This document shows, piece after piece, positions 48,284 to 58,300 of a stretch of 64,000 nt of DNA. The stretch's first letter is position 1. Every line of letters begins with the position of its first letter. The position numbers and the translations under genes are program-made. Source of the DNA: Flaccisagitta enflata (Eukaryota); contig OZ231126.1 of NCBI GenBank assembly GCA_965153355.1, positions 11,160,001 through 11,224,000 of the forward strand, read 5' to 3'. The notes under the pieces are model-generated. The model was given only the letters and a program-made list of their open reading frames with translations. It searched no databases and had not been told where the DNA came from.

Positions 48284-48751
48284 ATGAGGCCACTCCTCTC
48301 ACTAAACCTCTCACTTTACAAGAGGCCCTCTTGGGCTTCACCCCTTACCGCTTCTTTGCTCTCACTTTAGCTCTTTTCTCTGTTCTCGTCCACTATCCCC
48401 CTCCCCTCTTAGATAGGTTACTACTTCTGAGTGACAAGTGTGCCACAGTCCTTGGAGGAACTGTTGCATATTCATTAGGGTCTTAAAGCTCTTATTAAGA
48501 TTATATCTTGTGCTCTATTTTATTTTCCCTCGACATGTTTTCCCCGAAAGCTCTTTAGTTCTCCTCTTCCTTTTGGATTTATGATCAGCACTCTCTCCTT
48601 TGTGGTCTACCCCTCGGACTCTAACAATGGCACTCCCTAGCCTACTCTGGCACTGCAGTACATCAGCAAATGAACACTTTAACAATCCTACAGCCACATG
48701 CCTCGGTTTTTGTGAAGACTAATTTGGACCTCCTTTGCCAGCTTTATGATA

Positions 48752-49352
48752 CCGGATCTTCAATCTCGAATGGGAAAAAGTATCAAGCTTTTACCCTCAG
48801 ACACTTCTTCTCAATGGCTCGGAATTAATTTTTCTATGTAGTACTATGTCTGACGTTTTTTGTGTCAAAATTTCATTGGTCTGTACATATATTTTGTCCA
48901 CAACATCAATTTGAAGTAAAACAGGTATTCATGGCTGAAGCTGAATTTATCTATTTTTCATCAAAATCATTTTTCTCATATTTCCTCTTTTTTGATCGGT
49001 TTGAGCTGCAAATATCAAAATAGTCTTGAAATAAAGTTGTATTACAAAATTTGTTAAAAATATATCTTTTATCAAAATCAATTTGACATTAGTTGCTCAA
49101 TCCAATGAAAAGTATAAGCAAACCAAAGAAAAACAATTTTGATGAATAAAGGTTAAATTGAGCTTTATCTGAAAATGCTTCTTTTACACCAAATCAATGT
49201 TGTGGACAAAATATTTGACCCAGACCAATGAAATTTTGTCACAAAAAACGTCAAACATAGTACTACAAAAAAAAAATTATTCCAGTTCATTGAGAAGAAG
49301 CATCTGAGAGTAAAAGCTTAAAACTTTTTCCCAGTCCAGATTGACGACCTGG
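48752..49352. mobile_element. Tc1/mariner-type MITE with ~220-bp inverted arms inside the LTR element
   Basis: TA|CCGGATCTTCAATC ... GATTGACGACCTGG|TA. Arms ~48752-48970 and ~49135-49352 are diverged reverse complements. Confidence 0.8.
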
Positions 49353-52044
49353 TAAGACAATTGGAGAATGCATAACTGTCGCCCACTAGGGCGAGATCAA
49401 AGTGGAGATATCAAAAAAAATGTGAGAGCCAAAAACTGAGTATCGATGCGCCTTAATTTTTAATCTAAGTCTGAAAACTCAACTCAAAAGCTACAAGGGC
49501 CTTAGCCTAAAATCCATTAACAAACTGCCCACCTCGCACGCAAGGAAAACAAGACGACTGTGTAACACAACCCTAACTTAAAAAAAAACATAAAAAAATA
49601 ACAAAACAAAAAAAAAAAATATATAAAAAAAAAAGAGAAAACCAAAGAAAAACAACTTGATTATAGCTCTTTGGAATCCTAGGTGGTAGCCCGAAGAATT
49701 TGTTAATGTTTACCTCATTGTTTTATGTAATCACAATGTCATGGATGATTGTTGGTTTTATTTTTCTAAAATACATGTAGTGTAAATTTGACATTTTACC
49801 AATTGACAGCAAGTAAGCAATACAGCATGCCCTTGACTTTGGAAGTATTAGGGTACAGCACGGGAAATTAATAACGTCGGCGACTTTTATTTCAATTTTA
49901 TTTTGATTTTGATCATGTTTTTAACATTGGCAACTTTAATTTTGATTCTATAGTACATTAAATCTTAACTAGTAGTGCCCCAGTCTTAGAAAGTACTGGG
50001 GCATAGAAAATATTTGTACCATTTTCTCGTTGCTTTTCTTCATAAGATGCTTCGGCATCCTTTTACGGGATTATTGGTTGCATGGTGTCGCCACATACAT
50101 AGAATTAGAAGACCTGAGTGCTCCGACCTTTGAAGGTACCGGGGCACATTGGGACCTTACTTGTTTTTATGGTGACTAACTAACTGATGGCGTCAACAAG
50201 AATGCCGGCAAAATTCAATTAAAGAGTTTGATAAAGGTATGGTGTTGGTGGGAATGTGGGTACTGATGGATCAGGGTGTCAGCTAGCTCACACTTACCTG
50301 GCCCTTTTTGTGCCTCTGGACGTTATTTCTTTCTCTGATTCTTACCATTTTTTTTTTGTTCCCATTTATTCTCATTCTGTTTTTTGTTCTGTTTGTTTCC
50401 CCCTGCTTGATTTCATCTTTTCTTACGTTACCTTTTTTTTTTATCAATGGTCACTGGTCGGGCATCATTCGTCTGTATGCCTAATCTTTGGACATGGTGG
50501 GTAGCCCACTGATATGGGTTCTATTCCTTTCCCCCCTTTCTTTTTGACCCTCTCATATTCCCCCCCCCCCCCACCCCTGTTTGTTTCTTTACAAGCGGGC
50601 CTCTGCATTTACAGGTGCATCTACATTACTAGTTTCTTTTTCTCCTTTCCCCTTTTATGTGCTGGGTTTCATTTTGGGTTTTTCTTCATGATTGGCCGCC
50701 TCGGGTTAGGATTAACGCACACATGAGCTGTCCCCTTGGACAGAATTTCACTCTACTGTGATCCACCGCCGGTGGAAGTTGCTTTTGGTTACTCCCCCCC
50801 CCTTGGCAGTATTGCCGGTTCACCCCTTCCTTTGCCTACTACTATTTCCCCCCCCCCTGACTTTTCCCCCTCCTTATTGTTATTTGCGTTATTTTTTTTT
50901 CATTTGTTGTTTTTTGTTTGATTTCTTTTTTTGTTTTCATTTTATTGTTATTATTTTATATCCATTTTATTTTACATTGTTATTGTTTTTATTATTATCT
51001 TTGTTGTTGACCTGTTATTTTGGTGATTGTTTTTGTTTATTTTAAATGTTTTTTTTCTCTTTCCTTTTTTTTCTTTCCCTAGTTTTTGTTTTGCTCGGTT
51101 GGCTGTGTTTTTTTTTTTGTTTTTTGTGATTTGCTTTATTTGTTGCTTTTTTGGTTGCGGACACGCAACTCTATAAGAGCCTTTGTCCGTTCATCTGTTG
51201 GTCCGTTGGTCAGTCTGTGGACACAAGTTGGAAGGTGTAAAAATGTGCATTTCCGCCCCTGCCCACCTGTCCACAACTGGTATTGGCTGTGTATCCGGCC
51301 TTGTTTCTGTTTACATTGTCTCCATAGCTTCTGTTTGTCCTCAAGTCTAGTTGCCCACTTGGGCAAGCATTTTATTGCCGTTGTGTGCTGTCTTCCTGGT
51401 TGCAAAGAAAATGGTGCACCCTTGTGCACAACTTTTTGCCAGCCTCTTGTGTCCCGGAATTCTTCCCTTGGGACTGGCCCACCAACTGAGACGCCCACTA
51501 GGGCGTTGTATGTTTGCCTTTTCATTATTGGTAGTGTTTCAAAAGACCACAGATTAGGTATGTATGTGTATGTAATGGAAGCTTACACTATATAAATGTC
51601 CATATCTTTTCGAAATTTTGTTCAATTTCTGTTTCCTTTTGATTAATTGTATGAGTTTTTTATAGGATAAATTGTTGCACAAGCCACATAAGATGTTTTT
51701 GTTAATTGGGATCTGTTAGTACTAATTTTGTTTCAGGTTGTCGGATGTGACTGACTTTGAGACTGTCTGAGCTCCTCTTTCCTGTTTATGCCTGTTGTAG
51801 TTTGTTGCGGTGTGCTTGTTCTCGTGTGTGTTGTCAAGCATGTGTCTTGTTTCTTCGCGCCCCTGCTCTTTTCACCTTTTCTGCAGTCCTTTGTCTGACC
51901 TTCCGACCGCCCTCGTTAGGGACTTCAGGGAATTCAGGATATCAAGTGGGGTATGATCGATGTTCGAATCATGCCTTATCCTATCTTAGGTCAGGGTTAG
52001 GTCTTGGTGTTCAGGTTTGGGATCCTAGTTTGCATTTTTAGTTT

Positions 52045-52085
52045 GAGATGATAGGGACATCATCTCGGGTGGGCCCCGGAGGAGC
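52045..52085 (+). promoter_or_regulatory. Pre-LTR hairpin and PPT-like tract
   Basis: GAGATGAT-agggac-ATCATCTC 8-bp stem (52045-52066), then G-rich GGGTGGGCCCCGGAGGAGC abutting the 3' LTR. Confidence 0.45.
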
Positions 52086-52821
52086 TGCTGTGCCCGGATA
52101 TCCGTTCTTTTGCCCCTCTCATCTATCATCTTTCCCTTTTCCTTTCTATCCCGGCCCCTCTTTGCTATCTCTGCCTCACTTTCTTCTATCTTTCTTACCG
52201 CCGCCTCTATTCTTTTCCTCCTTCGCTAAGCGTCTACTTTCTCTCCCAACGGAGAGCCTGGTTCACATCCTGGTCCACGATATCTGAGTCTAAGAAGTCC
52301 CGAGCCAAGTCCAAGCCCCAGTCTGCAGGCTCGCAGCTCTTGCAAAGCCGACAACGACCGTGAAGACGATACAGAGTGGAGGCGCTCTGCCAATGAGCAA
52401 CTGAGGAAGACCGGTTCGCTATCTCTCTCTTCTTCTCTGCGATCTAATAAATGCACGGAGCTCTGAGGAGCATTTGATTTTCTACGACATAGCCGCTAAT
52501 ATTCTAACCTTAACGTTATTCCTCCCCCCCCCCCCCCCGTCTGTCTCTCCCCCTTTGCGTTATTGCCGCTCTTGTCCGTCGGTATTCTGTCCCTGTTTGA
52601 TTATATGATTATTTATTTGTTCGTATGTCGGGGTTTAGTTTATTAGGTTCCTCCCTTTGAGGCAGTTTTATCTGGGACCCGTAGCTATAGAAGGGTTTTC
52701 CCGCGCTGTTATTAGGTTCCCCCTTGATAACAGATCAGGCAGGCGAAGCATTCATGATTTATTTAGGAGTTAGGCAGATAGATAGGTTCTTCGCCCCGGG
52801 GCTTCTCCCCTGGGCACTATA
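52086..52821 (+). repeat. 3' LTR (736 bp)
   Basis: TGCTGTGCCC...GGGCACTATA, followed directly by the TSD ATTC. Confidence 0.92.
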
Positions 52822-52968
52822 ATTCTAGCTCATTTAGCTCAGTCCTATTTTTCTCTGATTTTCAGTGCAAACAATACATTCATTAGCTCTTGATTTGATC
52901 TAACACATAAAAAGGATTGCGGTGACTAAAGATAAAAGCTTGGTGAAAAGTTAGCAATGCTTACGACT

Positions 52969-53180
52969 TTTAAGTCGCGTGCACGCGACTCTACATCTCA
53001 CTTTGTCCATCAGTCGGTCGGCTGGTCAGTTGGTCGGTCGGTTGGTCGGTCGGTCACACTACTTTTTTTATGATATTATCTCTTGGGCCTCACTGCTACT
53101 GCCCACTTTGTCTAGTGACCTTAGATATGGCCCCTGCCCACCCGCACGCGACTTTGGTAGCCGTGTATCCGGCCTTGTTT
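52969..53180 (+). mobile_element. HINE/DINE-1-like short element, family A (representative copy)
   Basis: Palindromic 5' end AGTCGCGTGCACGCGACT, (GTCG/GTCC)n tract, GCCCCTGCCCACCCGCACGCGACT and 3' hairpin GCCG-TGTATC-CGGC + CTTGTT. Full or partial relatives at about 1-49, 607-846, 1440-1772, 4039-4190, 4298-4520, 5098-5295, 9616-9826, 25043-25235, 27852-28004, 37860-38105, 42263-42448, 51148-51305, 54142-54712 and 60287-60490. Confidence 0.75.
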
Positions 53181-54194
53181 CCTCACGGCGACAGCCGCCT
53201 CACTGCTATCAGCTTTCTTTTTTTCTTTCTCCATGTTGGAAGTCTATGTATACCTCTAGCATCTAGGATTCTAGATACAGTGAAAATATGTCTAATGATT
53301 AGCTTTTTGATCTGCGTTCCTTGAAAGAACATTTCTCGAAAAAAAAAGAAGATTAAACAGTTCCCTATATGGGCAAAGTAGGTTTATAAAACTTCGCCTT
53401 TTCTTTTCTCCAATATCTTGATTTTCTCCCAACATTTTCTCGAAGAAAAAAAATAGATTAAACAGTTCCCTATATGGGCAAAGTAGGTTTATAAAATTTT
53501 GCCTTTCCTTTTGTCTTTCTTTACTCTTTCTTTTCTTTTCTCCATTAACTTTATTTTCGTGATTTTCGTGATTTTCTTGACTTGCTTGATTTCCTTCGTT
53601 TCCATCTTTTACTTTTCTGCTTCCTTTTCTTCTTCTTCTTCTTCTTCTTCTTCTTCTTCTTCTTCTTCTTCTTCTTCTTCTTCTTCTATTTCTTCTTCTT
53701 GATAAGCATTACAAACACAGTTTAAGACAAATATTTAATATAATAAAATCCATGGTAGAGTAATCAAATCGAAATCAGGTTGTAAACAACAAGAATTAAA
53801 TACTCAATCACAGCTTTTCTTGGGGCATCCTCTGAATCACGAAATTCGTGATTAAGTTGAAATTTTTTCCACTGAAGCACATGTTAGTGCTTCAGTGGAA
53901 TAAAAAATTACTGGTTTCTTTTGTAATTCGAGCTTCTATTCAGTGGAATTGGAAGTAACTTTTTTGTCACAGAAGCGAAGTTAGTAATTCTTTAAAGGAA
54001 TTTTTTGAAGGAATCAAGAAATGCCCTCCTTTATTTCAATTTCTCTCTACTTCGTTTCGTACATTTTTATACATTTGCTTATTTTACATTATTTTGAAAA
54101 AAGAAAAACAAAGGCATATAAGAAAACTTATTTTCCTTCAAAACAAGGCCGGATACACGGCAGTCCAGTTGCGGATAGTTCGGCAGGAGCAGTA

Positions 54195-54603
54195 CTACTC
54201 GACTCAAAAAAAAAACCGCACCCTATTTTGAGTGGAAGGACAAGAAAAACAAATGATTTGAATATTTTTTTGTTGAAGTGATTTGAAAGATTTTCAAATT
54301 TTCTTTCACTCTAGACCAATTCCAAATCTGTATCTCAAACTGTTTAGGAGCTAGAGCTTGTCAAAGTTATCTTCTATTTTGTAAAAATACTCATTTTTCA
54401 ATGGGATTGCAAACTGAAAAAGGCAATGTTTTTACTCATTCTTATGCCATTTCTAAACGAATAAAGCTAGAATTTTCAGATTGGAGCCAAATGAAAGATC
54501 TTTTCAAGAGCTTTCTAATGATCTAAGATTTTAATAAGTTATTTTGAAATTCAGTATGACAATCTGCCATTTAAAAGTGCGGCTTTTTTTATGAGTCGAG
54601 TAG
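54195..54603. mobile_element. TA-flanked MITE nested in a HINE (54142-54712)
   Basis: TA|CTACTCGACTCA..CCGCAC ... GTGCGG..TGAGTCGAGTAG|TA. The flanking HINE halves match the shorter copy at 4039-4190. Confidence 0.8.
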
Positions 54604-55109
54604 TAATGCAAAAACTGCTCGGAATTCAAAAATGCGACCGACGGACCGACTGACCGACCGACGGACGGACCAACACGGCAAGGTGTAGAGTCGCGTGTCC
54701 GCGACTAAAAAAACTAAAATTAATAGGAGAAGAATAAGCATAAGAAAATATTCTATGATAAAACAAAGAGAAAAATTGAAAAAGAAAAAATATAAGATTA
54801 TGACTTAGATAAAGAAAAGAAGAAAAATGATTAAAAAAAAAAAGAAATCAAAAAAGTTTCTTATTCTTTTAAAGAATTTGCAACCAATAAAAAAATTTTT
54901 TAGGGACTTTTGATATCATTGCAGTATAAAAACAGGTCAATTGCAGTAAGAAAACATGTCAAGAGTCAATCCACTGAAGCACGCATTCCAATTCCACTGA
55001 AGCACGAGGTCGTGCTTCAGTGGAATGGGCCTTGACTGGCCTAATCTCCGGCCCAGAGTTCGTGATTTAATGGATGGCCGTTTTCTTTCCTCGCGACATA
55101 ATGTCCATT

Positions 55110-55319
55110 TCAAATGTCCAACTCTGGAAGATCGACCGTGTTTAAAATTTCTTGAAGGATGACCTGAGGAGAAAAAAAATCCGTTTGTGTAAAATTCCAT
55201 GAAGTCTGTATGGCTGTCTGTGTCCGTTTGTTTTTGTCTGTCTGGCGCTCTCCGGTTGTCCTTCTCTGTCTCTGTCCACAGTTTGGCAGTGTATCTGTGT
55301 GTCTGTCTATGTGTCTATG

Positions 55320-55380
<61 letters not shown>

Positions 55381-58300
55381 TTCATGGGTGGTCCCAAAGC
55401 CAAAGCCACGACGTCCTTGATGATGTTGATGACGAAGTTGTTGAACTTGTTGAGGATGAAGTTGAGGATGTTGAGATTTCCTTTGATTTCCGTTTTGATT
55501 TCTCCCAAATCCACGATGGCGAAATTGTGAAGCGTCGGACGAGCGCCTTTCTCCAATGGCTATGTATGAACGGAATGAATGAATGAATGAATGAATGAAT
55601 GAATGAATGAATGAATGAATGATGAAATATCTGAATTGATGACTGAATAAGCTATTACCCTTGGATATTCGGACACGCTCTCCTTGCCCTTAGCCCCTTA
55701 CCTTTTCGATTTCAAAAGTAAATCCAACAGCTTGCATGGCGATGTTTACGCCAAATGAAGGACCGACATTCATGAACTTAGCGGAAGCTTTGTAGTTCCC
55801 GGTCAAATCATTGACTCCAACTGTAGCGCGGATTCGAGTCCCGTTGTCCATCTTTGTTGTTGATGCCAATCCAGTTCTGAAGATTCATCAGTAATTCCCG
55901 GTCAATGTGTAGATATTGACCTCAGATCCTAAATCTGAGTCCTTGTGGATTTTCCTATTTCTTTTTAGATGCGTCCTCGCATCTCTATAAGAGGGTCTGT
56001 CCCTTGGTCGGTAGGTCTGTCTGAATGTCTGAGTGTATGAAATAGGAAAATTTCAAAACGCGATTTTCAAGGTTTTCTCTTCATTTCTCTTCATATTTCT
56101 TCTTGTCTCTTATATTTCCTTTGTCTCTTTCATCTGTTTTGTCTCTTTTGTCTCCTTTATGTCTCTTATGTCTCCTATATGTCTCTTATATCTTATTTCT
56201 CTTATGTATCTTAGGTCTTTTATGTCTCTCATGTCTCTCATGTCTCTTATGTCTCTTATGTCTCTTATGTCTCTTATGTATCTTATGTCTCTTATGTCTC
56301 TTATGTCTCTTATGTCTCTTATGTCTCTTATGTCTCCTTTATGTCTCCTATATGTCTCTTACGTCTCTTATGTCTCTCAAATCTCTTACATCTCTTATAT
56401 CTCTTAGGTCTCTTATGTCTCTTATGTCTCTTCATGTCTCTTCATGTCTCTATATGTCTCTTATGTCTCCTCATGTTTCCTCATGTCTCTTCATGTCTCT
56501 TCATGTCTCTCTATGTCTCTCCAAGTCCCTTCATGTCTCTTTGTAAGATTGAGGCGGGGGGAAGTGGGGAGGCGTGGGGGGGAGGGGTGGAGGCGTGGGG
56601 GGAGGGGGGGAGGTGTGGGGAGGCGTGGGGGGAGGGGTGGGAAGGCGTGGGGGGAGGGGTGGGGAGGCGTGGGTGGCAGGGGAGGGAAGGCATGGGGGAG
56701 GGGTGGGGAGGGATGGGGGGAGGCGTGGGGAGAGGGTTGGGAAGGCGTGGGGGAGGGGTGGGGAGGCGTGGCGGGAGGGGTGGGGAGGCGTTGGGGGTGA
56801 GGAGTGGAGAGGCGTGGGGGGGAGAGAGGCATCAGTTTATATTTCTCTCTTTATCTCTGAATCTTTATATTTTCATATTATTATATCCTGATATCTTAAT
56901 AAATTGTATGATAATATCTTAAGTCTAAAGAGGACGCATCTATTGGACATCTCTTGGCCTTGTTTATATGCGGCCGGTCCGAAGGTAGTAAAGGCATGGG
57001 CTCTAGCTTGAACTAATCTGCTTGAATTTGGTCCTGAAAGATACCTTGGTGTATGCACATAACTCTGTTCATCTCATTTACCAAAATTTTGAACTTCTTA
57101 GGGGCCCCTAGGGGCCCCCAAAAAAGCCCTTAATGAGAATATTTTTTTGAGAAAAAAAGTGGGGTGCAATCGATAGGAAATTGCTTGTAATTTCACTTTT
57201 TTAAAAAAAACTTGTAATTTCACTTTTTTAAAAAAAACTTAAAAAATTTTAGTGTCGGCCATATTACAGATTCTCCTGGAATTTTTTCAGCTTGATATGG
57301 TTCAAACAAATGTTCATAACTTCTAAAGTATTTGAGCCAGAACCTTGAAATTTGAAACGTGCAATATTGAAAGCATTGGGCAGGTCCATGCAAAAGATTG
57401 AGCTACTGACGGACCTATGAAAATTTTTGAGTCTAAGTCTACAATGTGACATTAACATATCCCATTTGATTGGAGGGTTGCAAGGGGCTGTCTAAAAATC
57501 AACAAATGCATCATGGCTCCCTGTTTTCATTTTACACAATTACAGTTAACCCTGCTTCAACAAACCCGTCACAAAAGGAATTCCGCCTATGGTGGATGCA
57601 AGTTCATACTTCCTTCATGTTTTTCTTTTCAATTCTATTAAGAGAATCTTTTTCCGTCAACAGAATTATTTCTATTAACAAATTTCCACTCTTAACAGAT
57701 GCAATTTGTTTGTCCTCAGAAGTCCGTTTGAGCGAGATTTTAACTGTACCTGTGAATAGAGCTGAGGCCCTTTAGGAAGCCATCGTAGACCTTCGCCGAA
57801 CCACGCAGTTCCATGCCGAGAACCTTCTTGGAGAATTCAAAGGACCTGATGGGCAACATGAGAGGGTCTAATCCCGTGTTCTTGATCGCCACTCGAAGGT
57901 TCTTCAAAATCTGTTGAAAGACATACAATGGGGTTCGTGGAATAACAGCTTAAACTAGCAAGCGAACCTGAGCTCCGTCACAGCGCTCAAATCCTGAAGT
58001 TATATATTGACATTTTCTGCTTGCGGAACACGAGTTAAATACAAAAATCATAATAACATTTTTAGTAATATAAGTGAACTTACATATAAAGACACCTAAA
58101 CAAACATTCCTTAAAGGCAGGTGGGCTTACAGCGAGAAAAAAAAGCTGAGAAAAACGACCTGTTCCTCACCTATGAATATTTAGATATTAGCACAACTTT
58201 GACTTGATTAAACGGGTATTTATAATTGAGGTCCCCTCGAGTTTCCGAGATATGTTATTGAGGAGTAAAAATGCTATCTGAAACTGTTTTTGTTAAAGAT

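Larger units (their letters stand above)
40240..52821 (+). mobile_element. LTR retroelement (Ty3/Gypsy-like termini) lacking recognisable gag/pol
   Basis: Direct repeats 40240-41014 and 52086-52821 are near-identical apart from scattered substitutions and a ~39-bp indel. Each starts TG(T/C)TGTGCCC and ends GGGCACTA(C/T)A, an imperfect terminal inverted repeat. A 4-bp TSD ATTC sits at 40236-40239 and 52822-52825. A TGG-initiated PBS-like site follows the 5' LTR and a purine-rich stretch precedes the 3' LTR. Confidence 0.92.

Noticed and set aside
53328-53513. ~100-bp direct duplication
   Set aside because: An ordinary local tandem duplication with no further structure.
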